Below the pieces are notes generated by a model. It was not told where the DNA came from and searched no databases. It worked only from the letters and a program-made list of their open reading frames with translations. Positions 1 through 11,995 of a stretch of 64,000 bases of DNA are shown piece after piece. Position numbers and translations under genes: made by a program. Within the stretch, counting starts at the first letter, position 1; every line of letters starts with the position of its first letter. The stretch comes from Lama glama (Eukaryota), in the NCBI GenBank assembly GCA_028534125.1, contig CM052816.1:67830001-67894000 (forward strand). The letters are read 5' to 3'.

Positions 1-143
1 CAGAAACTCCAGAGACCAGGACAGTACAAGAGTCAAGAAGATCACCATAATGGGGGAAGGGAAAGGGGGGAATTCCAAAGTGAGAATTCTACCCTATGTT
101 CATTAGAAAAGTGTCCACCCTCTGATCAAGACCCATGGCTTAC

Positions 144-188
144 CTAGGATTGAGCCAATGTTAAGTTGACTCATATAAATACACACAC
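144..188 (-). other. Candidate 45-nt exon (orphan, unverified)
   Basis: Minus strand reads TTTCATTCTCATTCAG|GTGTGTG...ATCCTAG|GTAAGC. One frame is open (xVCIYMSQLNIGSIL). No protein recognised. Confidence 0.25.
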
Positions 189-484
189 CTGAATGAGAAT
201 GAAACCCAGCAGTTATATGGTGTCTATGAAAAGTGAAATGTTAAAGGGTCAGAGTAGGTCTCTCTTCTTCTGATCTTATCATTACATCTAAACCATTCTT
301 AAAGTGAAATAAAATGTAGCAAAACTTTTTATCCTTGCTGTTTTTAAACTTTATAAAATAAAGACTGATCATCCTTTTTTTGAGGAATAATATAGTGCCT
401 ATTCACGTAATGGCACTTAAAAAGAAGTGAACAAAATAATTGTTGTTTTCTTGATAAAACTCTATTTGAACCATTGATGAAGGA

Positions 485-984
485 NNNNNNNNNNNNNNNN
501 NNNNNNNNNNNNNNNNNNNNNNNNNNNNNNNNNNNNNNNNNNNNNNNNNNNNNNNNNNNNNNNNNNNNNNNNNNNNNNNNNNNNNNNNNNNNNNNNNNNN
601 NNNNNNNNNNNNNNNNNNNNNNNNNNNNNNNNNNNNNNNNNNNNNNNNNNNNNNNNNNNNNNNNNNNNNNNNNNNNNNNNNNNNNNNNNNNNNNNNNNNN
701 NNNNNNNNNNNNNNNNNNNNNNNNNNNNNNNNNNNNNNNNNNNNNNNNNNNNNNNNNNNNNNNNNNNNNNNNNNNNNNNNNNNNNNNNNNNNNNNNNNNN
801 NNNNNNNNNNNNNNNNNNNNNNNNNNNNNNNNNNNNNNNNNNNNNNNNNNNNNNNNNNNNNNNNNNNNNNNNNNNNNNNNNNNNNNNNNNNNNNNNNNNN
901 NNNNNNNNNNNNNNNNNNNNNNNNNNNNNNNNNNNNNNNNNNNNNNNNNNNNNNNNNNNNNNNNNNNNNNNNNNNNNNNNNNNN
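485..984. other. Assembly gap (500 N)
   Basis: Run of exactly 500 N. Confidence 0.99.
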
Positions 985-1048
985 GGGTGCTATTTTATGA
1001 AGGGAATACATCACAGAAAAAGTGACATTTGAGAGGAGATCTAAAAAA

Positions 1049-1235
1049 GTCTCAATTTTCTCACCTCTAAATGGGATAATGATACTACCTCCCTCACGAG
1101 GTAGCCCTGAGAATTAGAGAACTCATTAAAGCAAAGTGCTCTACTGATGGCAGCCATAGTTATTATCATTCATTTCCTCCTCTGTCAAATGGAAAAATTG
1201 AGTAGGTTTGTAAGGACTTTGCAGCAATAACTCTG
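1049..1235 (+). mobile_element. MIR SINE fragments
   Basis: Degenerate MIR core ctcaattttctcacctctaaatgggataatgatactacct, followed by a second core-like tttcctcctctgtcaaatgg. Confidence 0.65.
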
Positions 1236-2043
1236 CTGTGATGCTTGGTTTTTGATTTGTGTGATGAGACATGCTCTTGATGGAATTTTGGACCTAATTC
1301 TCACTCCCTGTTTATGCTTAGCATATCTGCCCAAACTACCAACCTATTTGACACCAGGCGGAGATCTGAATGCACCCCCGAGAACAACTAAGCCATATAG
1401 GAAGGGTGAGAACTCAAGGTTTAATTTCCTATGCAATACAAACTTTCACTGCAACCAAGATTCTATCTAGTGGGGAAAGTAAATGAGGTACTTCTGTTCA
1501 GCTTCATAAGGACGTTTCTGTGGATACAAGACACACCCTTGCTTGAAGGTATAATACTAAAACGCATTAAATTTTGAGTAGACAATGTATACAATGGTGC
1601 TTATTATGAAGAAACTAGGGGAAAAAAAAAAAGCTAAGGGCTTTGCCTGGTTGGTATTTCTAAAGTTAACACATCTTAAAAACCAGAGCTTCCACATTGC
1701 CGTGGTTCCACAAGATTCTGGAGTCTTCATGTTTTCCAACCAATATCTGAGACATGACTTTTGCTGCATTTGAAAGTTGTATAAAGTGCTTAAATCTGTT
1801 GAAAACATTCTTTTATCCGGAAATGTGTTTTTAAAAAAAGTGATGGGAAATTGTCTTCTGAAGTAAGCATTTGGAGAATTCCTCCCATGACTTCTGAATG
1901 TGTTTCTTTCTTTTGAATAAGAACTGCCTTCTCTAAACCCTGTGTTAGGATTTTGGTCAGTGACATGGATCTAAACCTCACTGACATGCACAGATATCCA
2001 TGAGTGTTTTGACTTCTTCATTGATGTTATACTAGATCTTCTT

Positions 2044-2214
2044 AAAATTGAAGTATAGTTGATTTTAAAATTGTGTTAGTTTCAGGTGTACAGCAAAGTG
2101 ATTCAGCTATATGTTTACTTTTTTTTTTCAGATTCTTTTCCATTATAGGTTATTACAAGATATTGAATGTAGTTCCCTGTGCTATATGGTAAATCTTTGT
2201 TGTTCATCTATTTT
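2044..2214 (-). mobile_element. L1 3' end, cetartiodactyl type (L1_Art-like), 5'-truncated
   Basis: attgaagtatagttgattt...gtttcaggtgtacagcaaagtgattcag...agttccctgtgctata, the reverse complement of an artiodactyl L1 3'UTR; similar copies recur in the window. Confidence 0.85.
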
Positions 2215-3376
2215 GTTTTGTTTTTCTGATGGTTTGATCTAGAATGAGAAGTGGTTCTCCCTGAGGCTTGTCAGATGGGCCAGGCTCTTGCATGCCCTGA
2301 GGCTCAGGACTCTGCAGAAGAGCTTGCATATCTAAGAGTCAAGTTGTCCCTGACTGCTGTGGCTCTGCATTGCAGAACTCCTTCCTACTGGAAAATTCCA
2401 GATCTGTACATTGATTTGTATTTACGGAAGAATTTGACCTCCCCATTTTAAAGATATTTCCTATTTTAAGGTACATGTTGGCTGGTGTTCCTCTTTCACT
2501 TCTGGCAAAGGTGCATTCATGCTGGCCGGAAGGAACTGGCTGGACTGTTGGAGGTGGAACCCAGTTATCAGCCGTGTGTGTGTCTAGGCTCTTGCATGGC
2601 TGCCTCACAGTCAGTGTCATGATGGCTGCTCATTTCCTCTGTCATCTTCCCTTCGCCTCTTTGCCATGAGTCTTCCTGAAATATCGCAGGGTCTTTAGTA
2701 GCTAAAAGTGATTTGAATCTAAAGGTCCTTCAATCTGTATTTGTGGAAATTCCTAGCAAAAGAGGGTCTCAATAGGTATGGGCTACCTTTTTTTTTTTTA
2801 AACAAAAACTAAGAGAATGAACATAAGGGGAAAAAAATGCTGTTTCTCCCATAGTAATTGAAACAGTAGTGTTCCACACATGTCCCACACCACGTAGCAA
2901 GACTCTCCAGAGATAGGAAATAATACGTGACAAACACAAAAAGGATAGGAAGTTTTTTCATTGTTTGGTCTTTGTGTTTGGTCCATTTTACAGTTTGATG
3001 TGCAAGTAAAGGCAGCTTTCACAGTGAGAGCCGGTGATATATCATCTTTCTTACATTAACTTCTATGGCAGCAGGTCCCTGTGACACTTTTTTCTTTAAT
3101 GTACACCTCAGTGTCATCTGCCAGCCTTAGTTAGGGACTTTGCATACCCAGGATTTACAGATTCACAATAATGCCAGATTGCTTTTCTAGCCTCACCAGC
3201 ATAGCCATTAATTACACAAAGAGGCATGCAGCTAAGGACAGAGGTCACTAGTAATGTGATTAGGAGGCCCATTGTGCCTCAACAATTTTCATGGATTAAC
3301 ATATGCCTTTTTAGTATCTGTTGACTGAGAAATTGCACAACATAAAAAAAAAGCTATTGTGAATTCAGTACCATAT

Positions 3377-3783
3377 ATTTTTTTAATTTCTAAATTTTAA
3401 TTATGTCAGTTTACAATGTGTCAGTTTCTGGTGTACAGCATAATGCTTCAGGCATACATGAACATACATATATTTGTTTTCGTATTCTTTTTCACCGTAA
3501 CTTACTACAAGACATTGAATATAGTTCCCTGTGCTATACAGTGTGAACTTGTTGTTTATCTATTTTATATGTATTAATTGGTATCTGCAAATCTCAAACT
3601 CCCAATTTATCCCTTCCTACCCCCATTTCCCCTCTGGTAACCAGAAGTGTGTTTTCTACATCTGTGAGTCTGTTTTTGTTTTGTAAATACATTTGTTTGT
3701 CTTTTTTTAGATTCCACATATAAGTGATATCATATGGTATTTTCCTTTCTCTTTCTGGCTTACTTTACTTAGATGACAATCTC
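3377..3783 (-). mobile_element. Young camelid-type L1 3'UTR, 5'-truncated
   Basis: gtcagtttacaatg...tatctgcaaatctcaaactcccaatttatcccttcc...ttagattccacatataagtgatatcatatggtatt; strongly similar to 52617-52945. Confidence 0.9.
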
Positions 3784-4004
3784 TTGAGTTTTACTTTTAA
3801 ATGAAATTACATTTTATTACTCACAAAATCTAGATGTATTTGAAACATAATAGAGTGTGTTAATGCATTGTTTATTCAGCCTGAAGACAATGCCAAGTGT
3901 CAAAAGGTTTGAAGCATCCCCTGCTTAGGAATCTGTAGCAGAGTGGACTGAGCCCCAATTCCAAAATGGGCAAAATACAGGTCTAGATGTCATTGGCCTT
4001 GCTT

Positions 4005-4130
4005 TATCATGCATTAGCTCTGTAACTTAATCTGTCTGAATTTCTGTTCCCTCATCTCTAAAACTGGGAAAATGTGTTTACTCCCCTGTCCTGATGAGTA
4101 AATGAGAAAATTACATAAAAGTTCTTTGGA
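4005..4130 (+). mobile_element. MIR fragment
   Basis: taacttaatctgtctgaatttctgttccctcatctctaaaactggg. Confidence 0.6.
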
Positions 4131-4139
4131 TTATTGGTC

Positions 4140-4990
4140 CCACCATCATGACAGATTATGGTGGAAGCCCTGTACAAAAAAACCACAGAGCAATAATGAA
4201 TTTGTTAAAAACACATAAAATGTTAAAAATAGAAAGTTGCACCCAAAAGGAAGAACGGGAGATATCCAGGTCCCAGAAACAAAGAGGGAATCAAAATCAG
4301 AATGACAAGCTCATGAGCAGCTGTCATCGTGGCCCAAGAGAGAATCGGGCTTTGGTATATGCCCTGAGTGCCTGGGAAGATGGTAGGGTTTCAATGCCCA
4401 AAGATCTACTGCAGGCTGCTAAGATCCTAGCACGAAGCCAGGGCCATGGATGCCTGCTTTTTCAATAAAAAGTTAACTTAAAAACTCTCTTCAGGCCCAG
4501 GGAAGCTCCAAGGAAGCTCATGAGTGCTCTGGGTCCTGGTGGAAAAAATACTTCCCTTGACAAACTGAAACTCTATGTGTGCTGTGCATAAGTGTGAAAT
4601 CTAAATTTCCCCTATCTGAATCTTGGGGAATCCCAAGCTGAAAAATTAATGTAGGAACTTACTGTAGATGAATGAAAAACTCCTGGGGTTTCCTTTATAG
4701 AAAAAAACGAAAATCATTCTTTAAGTACATTTCTACAGTTCACAGCCTACAGAATACACACATACACACACTCCACATGCCACAAAGTTAAATAAGAGAA
4801 AAATTAGGAAAATTTATACCCCAGGAACTTAATAAGGCAATACAAAAATTAGGATACTATAAAATAAGTATGTTTAAAATAAAATAAGGGGAAATCATAA
4901 TAATGAATATAGCATACTAAAAAGAGAGCAGGCTTATGTGAAGTATATCATAAAACTTCAGACAGGAAAACTACAGTGATTGAAATTAAC
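4140..4990 (+). mobile_element. Ancient HAL1/L1M 5'UTR-ORF1 relic
   Basis: A-rich strand with actataaaataagtatgtttaaaat and aaaactacagtgattgaaattaa, motifs typical of decayed L1M/HAL1 ORF1. Confidence 0.45.
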
Positions 4991-5056
4991 TGTGCTTTGT
5001 AAATAAATACTCATGGTGAAAGATGGAGTTTATTATTTTCAGATATAATTTTTAAG

Positions 5057-5278
5057 GGGAAGGTGAAGGGATAAATCAGGAGTTTGGGATTTGCAGATAC
5101 AAACTACTATATATACAAAATAGATAAACAATGTATAGCATAGGGAATGATATTCAATAGCATATAATGACCTATAACAAAAAAGATATGAAAAAGAATA
5201 TATAAATGTGTATAACTGAATCACTATGGTATACACCAGAAACTAACACAACACTGTAGATTTCAGTTTTAAAAATAT
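5057..5278 (+). mobile_element. L1 3' end, cetartiodactyl/camelid type
   Basis: gggataaatcaggagtttgggatttgcagatacaaactactatat...tacaccagaaactaacacaacactgta. Confidence 0.88.
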
Positions 5279-6943
5279 AACTATTAGTCATTAAATAGTG
5301 AAAGTAGAGCAATGAGGCATTTTAGGCCAGACCAATATGCTATAAATGCATTGACTTGTCATGATTTTACATTCATTTAAAGAACAGGTCTTTTTTTTAA
5401 AGAAAGCAAGTTCTCTTCATTCATAATAGCCTAACCCACATAAATAGTAAACCCAAGGCACAAAATATAAATCAAATCCAAAGTCTCTGGACTTGAAGTC
5501 TTTGAGCCTCTTAGTCTTCTTTGACTTCTTGACTTCTTTTTTGGGGAATAAATTTGCCTGTGGAAATTCAGGTACCATATCTTGTAAGTATAATATAATT
5601 CTGAAGGCAAAGGGAAGTGCCTGTAAAAGTTGAACTCTAAACCTTAGAAGTATCCTGTGTCCCATCATAACAATGAAGAAAATCTTGTTTTGTGTCTCAG
5701 ATTTGGCACAGCTGTAGCTTGAGCAGCTAGATCCTGCTTTTCTTCAGCCATAAAGTTGTCTAATATGCTTAGATGGCGAAGACATTTTCATTGATGGTGG
5801 TGCTAATGAGGCCGCTGTTTACTTTCCAAGCTGAGGGGACAGTTGGGCACAGGAAGAAGCCCAAATAATTTTTACTTTATGAGAGACAGTCCAAAGACTC
5901 TTCTGAAATGTCCCTTTTGTGTTGATGTTGCTGGTGGTGAGAACTACACCCTCCTCTTGATTCACTGCTGAAAGGTCTAGACCTTTTCTGCATGATTATC
6001 GTTTCCCTACTCTTTTCTAATAAGACTGTCCCAGGAATGCTCATATTTTGGTTTCTACAGTTGTAATGCCAACTTATGAACTGAGCAGAAACATGAAATT
6101 TACTAAGTATGGGAGAATATTTATTAGGATATCAGTTCTTGCTGGAACTTTCTAGTCCATCTTCTTTGCTTAGGAGTGTTTTGTTGTTGTTGTTAATATT
6201 AGCCATCACTGAGAATAATGCTAAGAGATTTATTAAAAATAGGATGAGAAAGTTCTATATTATTCTAGGAGAAGTAACTTTTCTAGACCTCATTGGGAGA
6301 GACTCTACAGCTTAGATTTAGAACAAATAAGCTTAAAACATCTTTAAAAAAAAGAAACTGCTATAACCAGCTAAAGGGGAAAGAAATGAAATTTAGAATT
6401 GAATGATGCCCAAAAGAAAATCCTTTTAAGTTTATATAAGAACAACTGAAAGTAAGACATGCACCATCCATTTTGAAAATAATTGAATTCATGTCTAAAT
6501 TGCAAGTTCTTTCCAGCGTTGAAAACTGTAGACTTAAGTGGGATTTTGGGACCAAATTCAGAGCTTCACAGTGCAGGATGGAGAGAGAGGAATGGCTGTT
6601 TGGTTGAAAACACTTAACTGTAAATAGTTTCTTCTGAGTCTCTTGTTTTCAATCAAAACATGCCATGGTGCCAAAACATGATGCCCAAACATCTGAGTGA
6701 AAATGAGAAGACAGCCCCAATCTACAGGTGCATGTCTCACTTTCATTCTATATGTAGGAACAGTCTTTGGAATGGCAGCCCCGTGTTAAGCAGGAATCAG
6801 GGAGTGGCAGTCAGGGGACGGTGCATTATTCCCTCTTCCTAGTTGACACTCTCTGGTGCTTCCTTCTGTCCTCCAACTCGCTTTTTTCAGCTTTGCTCCT
6901 GCTAAGAACTGCACCCTCTTCTGGCTTCCCTTTGTCCTTGCTT

Positions 6944-6985
6944 CTCACTTAACCTCCTTGAGTCTCAGTTTCCTCATCTGTAAAA
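6944..6985 (+). mobile_element. MIR core fragment
   Basis: tcacttaacctccttgagtctcagtttcctcatctgtaaaa, near-consensus MIR core. Confidence 0.8.
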
Positions 6986-8449
6986 GCCCAGTATCTGGAC
7001 CATGGTGAGAACTTAGGAAACATTCATCCCCTTCTTAAAGTACCCTATTTCCTATCCACATAAGTGGTGATATGATAATAGCAAAGTGGAGGAAAATAAG
7101 ACAGGAAGCTGATTCTTCACTAGGTTTTATCCTTTAGTATTCCGGAGGTTCCTCACGGAAGAATCCTAGTCTCTACCTTATCCTTTCACTCTCCCTTCTT
7201 GCTCTCCAGGGGTCCTGATGTTCAGGGGAGTCACTGGAATGGAATGTTCCTCTGAAATATAGATGCCTGTTTTTCTTTAGACCTCTGTGTTCTCTAAAGA
7301 CCACCTTATGCCCTTACCACCATCCTTGTCCTTCACTCGATGTTATAATTATGGTTGGACTTAGGAGGGACCTTTTAACTGTCTCTTAGTATTCTTAGCC
7401 ACACAAACTCCTAGACAACCTTAAAAATGATTTTGAACTTGCTATAGGAAGAGGAAGGCTTAAAAGAATGTGGGGAGTGGGCCAGGGTAGGGAGCAAAGC
7501 TTGAGGGTTGTCAAAAGATGGTGATGGCCGAAAGTTAAAGCAGGTAAGCCCATCCTGAGGTGCTCAGAGCAGAGTCTGGAAGGTGACCCACACTGAGAAG
7601 GCTCTGAGAAGGAGACGCATTTCCCTGGAGTCCTTGAGCCTTCTTTTCATGACTTTACTTCTTTGAGTGTCCGGAGATGGCTCTCTGGAATCCTTATCCC
7701 TGCTGCTGGGTAGTTGAGGTGAAAGGTGAGGAAAAAAAAAGTCACCAATCCCACAAGAGTACTTTCAATTCATGTTTTCCCAGTATGATTGCTACCATGT
7801 TATGTGGTACTCCTAGTGTGGCATGTTATGCCTCTGGTTCCTTGTCAGCTGGCTACCACTTAGAGCTTATCTCTTTGAGAGAACGTTTTCTGAGAGCTCC
7901 AAACAACCAGGTTGACACCAAACACTGGGAACCAAATGTTAGGAATAATAGCTGTTCAAAAGTTAAGTCCTACCAATAATGCCGTCAATTATCCAGCTTT
8001 TTCTAATGACCAGCTGGTGTGATGCTAACAAATACCATCTAATGAGATAAAAGGTTCAGACGTTTGGGAGTGAACAGCCAATAGTTGAGGACACAGCTAA
8101 GCCAGCCTATTGTTACAACTACAATCATTTAGAAACAAGCTATCTCTAATTCATAGAAGGTGAACTTTATTTGATTGTAGATGTGGCTGTTTTGAGAAAT
8201 AAGCTGGCTTAAGTTTCCTCAGTAGTTGATACCAGCAATAAATCTTCCCTGATGTTCTGAGTCTTAGTGTTTTCAACTTAATTGGCTGCACTTAAAGTGT
8301 CTAATCTTGAAAAACAATAGGGAAGTGCATTAAGATGAGTGTAATCAAATACAAATGGCTCAAAGTTACATTAAAAAGGGGGAAAATCCATATATTATTC
8401 CATTTAATGTACTGCACTCAGAATGTCAAAGCCTGAAAAAGAATAGTAA

Positions 8450-8745
8450 TTATGTAGCCATTTAAAAAAATGTGTTTTCAGAGAGTATTTAATGGCTTGA
8501 GAGTATGCTGCCATTCTTATGAGTGGAAAAGAGCAGATCACAAAACCATATTATGGAATGATCCCAATTTTGTAAAATAACGGAAGAGATGTACAAACAT
8601 ATGTATAATATGTGTATATACATGCATACAAACACAGAAAGATTAAGACTTGAAATTATTAAAGAAAAAGACTAACAGTGGTAATCTAGGTGGTGGGATT
8701 AGGTATTATTTTAATTTTCTTGTGTATTTTTTTTCTGTATATGAT
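8450..8745 (+). mobile_element. Old L1ME-type 3' end
   Basis: atgtagccatttaaaaaa...atgatcccaattttgtaaaa...taacagtggtaatctaggtggtgggattaggt. Confidence 0.65.
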
Positions 8746-9835
8746 GGGCAACTTTTAATTTATTTCCATAGAAATCTTTTAAAGAAAAAATTACAGGAGA
8801 AAAGAAAATTAAAATGAATGTAATCTAACCCTAAGTTGCAAATCCTCTTGCAAAGGAAAAAGAAAAACGCACCAAAAAAACTCTCAAGTAATTACAGAAA
8901 GAGTTTCCTGAGCAGGCAGGGAAAAAAAGAGTAAAGACAGTTGCTGGGTCAGAAACATACAAAACTTTCTCTCCAAAGCTCGGACATTTTTCTTTCTACA
9001 ACTGCATCCAATCTCTCCAGAGCTGATTTTCTTTGATCTCTGGAAGGCAAGTTTCTGAACTAATCGAAAGAAAGATCACGTTGCTCCTGGTGAAGCTGCC
9101 CAATTGGCAGTGCATTTGTGAGCAGTGTTTGTTTCAGGGTTGCTGACAGTACAAGCTGCTTTATGGGCCACTTTTTGGGCAGCTGTCCTGAGCTGGTTTT
9201 GTGTGGCACTGCCATAAGGCTTTCCCGGTTTCCCCGGTGCACCAACGGGCACACTGGGAAACCTGGGTCTCATTCTATCAGGATCCACAGCTGTCACTCT
9301 GTGAGACTCCTGCCTCTCTCCAGCCTGAACTGGTCTCCAGACTTGACAATTGTTCCATGTTAACTTGTTGACCACAGGTTAAAAAAAAGAGTCCCCTCCC
9401 CCTGCCCCTAGATATTCTCTTATTCACCTTATTCAGATCCTCAGCTTTCATCCTGAGATCTGGATGCTTGCCACTTGGTGACATTGCTCTGAGGTTGCTC
9501 CCAAATGCTGATCCTCAAAAAGAAATGTGCATGGCTCCTGTTTGGGCATGACAGCCACATCTAGTGCAGTCGGACTTTCATGTAAAGTCTGAGTCTTCAA
9601 ACAAGAGCATGAGATTAAGACAAGGACAATTTCAAGGTTGGGTTTAGAGGACTGTGTTATGCTCTTTTGGCTTACATCTGAGACAAGATTTAAAAAAAAA
9701 ATTAGGGTTTACAAAGCAGCTGATAAAGTGGCTATAATTATTTTGGTGAAATAATTTCTCTGAACATAATACTCTCTAGCATAGATTCTGTGCTCTGCGC
9801 ATGAAAGAAAATATTTGTTCCAAATATGATTTTCA

Positions 9836-9897
9836 AAAGAGATAATGCATGTAGGTGCTTAGCCCATGTAGTAAGCACTCAATAAATGTTAACTCCT
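9836..9897 (+). mobile_element. MIR 3' fragment
   Basis: gagataatgcatgtaggtgcttagc...gtaagcactcaataaatgtta. Confidence 0.7.
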
Positions 9898-10073
9898 TGT
9901 CATTAGCTGCAGCACTAGGGCTGTAAGTTGGCAGCTCTGGGCCGTGTTTTCTCTATGTTAGAGAACAGTTTTAATAATGGCAGTGGTGCTTCTTAGACTA
10001 GATATCTGTCTCAACTCTGAGGTTTTTATGTTATTCACATTTTGAGCTCCTTACAAAGAACATGGTCTCTTGG

Positions 10074-10490
10074 CTCACTGTCAGTTTCCCCCTTTATGTC
10101 CGTTAACATTTGCTTTATGTATTTAGGTGCTCCTATGTTGGGTGCATATATATTTACAAATGCTACATATTCTTCTTGTATTGATTTCTTGATCATTATG
10201 TAATGTCCTTCTTTGTCTCTTGTAACAGTTTTCGTTTTAAAGTCTACTTTGTTTGATGTAAGTATTGCTACCCTGGTTTTCTTTTGATTTCCGTTTGCAC
10301 TGAATACCTTTTCCCATACCATCACTTTCAGTCTTTGTGTGTCTCTAAATCTGAAGTGAGTCTTGTTTCTGTATTCATTCAGCCATTCTGAGTCTTTTGA
10401 TTGAAGCATTTACTTCATTTACATTTAAAGTAATTATTGATATGTATGTTCTTATTGTCGTTTTGTTAATTGTTTGGGGGTTGTTTCTGT
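10074..10490 (-). mobile_element. Internal L1 fragment: inter-ORF region and ORF2 endonuclease N-terminus (inactive)
   Basis: Translates to TYISIITLNVN...THFRFRDTQRLKV.VWEKVFSANGNQKKTRVAILTSNKVDFKTKTVTRDKEGHYIMIKKSIQEEYVAFVNIYAPNIGAPKYIKQMLTDIKGE, i.e. L1 ORF2p APE endonuclease; has a stop and a frameshifting deletion. Confidence 0.95.
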
Positions 10491-11837
10491 AAAGAACATT
10501 TTCTCTTGGAAGAATGAGGCATGGGGAAAGGAGGACACATAATATGTCACATTCTACTTTTCCTGCCCCTCCTTTTATTTTTGACTCCATAGAATGTCTC
10601 AGCCATTCAAATACCTGCAGAAAATTTCTCCTAAATAAGAGATGGGTTTAATTCAGATTTTCTTTTGGATGGCCAGAGGGATGTGGCCAATGACCTGGTG
10701 AAATGGGTGTTTTGTCAACAACAATCCTTTTTCCTACTCAGTAGATTATTTGCTCAGCTTGTTTTGCCCCGGAGACTTGGAGGTGATCCACTGCAGACAG
10801 GATCTGAGCACTGGGAAGATTGAAAGATGCCTATCTCTCTTGGAAAGAAGACACTCATTCCATCCTATATTGGGGGGTTGGGGATGGGGATTAACATGAT
10901 TAAGTTTGGTAAATTCCTTCATTAATATAACTGTTATTTAGCAGTCAAAGAGCAAAATTCAAAGAAACATCCATCCTTGGCAAAGTTGCTTCTTCTGGCC
11001 TCTCCTCCAGGGCGTGAGGAATCTGCTCGAAGAGGCTCTTTCATCCCACCAGAAGTGAAGTGAATAGACTCTCCTTCTCGTAGGGCTCTCCTGTTACATT
11101 GTGTTTGCTCTTGAAATCTGTCCCTTTTTCTCACTTCCTTTTACAATGGTGTCCTCGAACTAATGGAATTAGGGATTTCCTTCCTCCTTCCTTCCTCTCT
11201 TCCTTCTATACTTTTTTGTTTTATCTTTTCCTTTGAAGGGACATACTTGCTATTCATTGCCCTTCCACCACCCCCTGCTTTTTTTTTTCAGTATCCACTA
11301 TGTGAAAGCACTTTATTTCTAATCATACGGAGCAAAAACATTTCATCTCCTTTAAACCTCTTTAATTCTGGATCTCAGAATATGTTCACTCATTGCTGAA
11401 AAAGGCACATGCAGGAGACCACTGAACATTCCACAGGGGATGGTTTCTTTTGGAAGGTCTTCTCATCTGATTCTCTGTGAATGCCTATGTTCTCTCCCCT
11501 TAGAACAGGGTACTCTCTAGGGGGGAGAATTTACCTAAATGGTACCATTATTACGATTGTCAAAATATTTTTGATTTCACCAAAAAGCCAATAATTCTGA
11601 GTATTTGTGTGGTCCCTTAAAAATCTTAAAAACACCCATCTTTTCAATAACAACATGTTCTCTTTGGCATGAAGTTTCTGTTTTCTGTTAAATGTGGTGG
11701 TTTTGTTATTTCTGGTTCAGAGGAGAGTACCCCACCATTAAGCATAACACTGGCTGTAAGAGAGGTACTCTTTTCAGTGTCTGTCTTCTTTATAGGAAAG
11801 GCAGTGTTGGGAGGTTTCATAAAAGCAGAGGGGAATG

Positions 11838-11995
11838 GTGGGAGGGGATAGCTCAGTGGTAAAGCACGTGCCTAGCAAGCACGAGGTCCTAGATTCCGTC
11901 CCTAGTACCTCCATTTAAAAAAAAGTAAATAAATTTAAAAAAAAAACCCAATTACCTCCCTCCCCAAACGTAATAAATAAATAAAAAATTTTTTT
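11838..11995 (+). mobile_element. Vic-1-type tRNA-Ala-derived SINE (camelid)
   Basis: tRNA-Ala head gatagctcagtggtaaagcacgtgcctagcaagcacgaggtcctagattcc...tacctcca, then AT-rich linker, aattacctccc and A-rich tail; 15-bp TSD 11823-11837 / 11996-12010 (12/15). Confidence 0.9.

Noticed and set aside
403..1025. 203-aa and 183-aa ORFs
   Set aside because: Artefacts of translating the N gap.
4148..4468. 106-aa ATG ORF
   Set aside because: Falls in a probable HAL1/L1M relic; no recognisable protein.
10035..10590. 124-aa and 71-aa ORFs as a host nuclease gene
   Set aside because: A broken L1 ORF2 fragment with a stop and a frameshifting deletion.
11841..11915. tRNA-Ala genes (also at 18512-18588, 42795-42842, 50875-50950)
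   Set aside because: These are SINE heads with mutated stems/B box, A-rich tails and TSDs.
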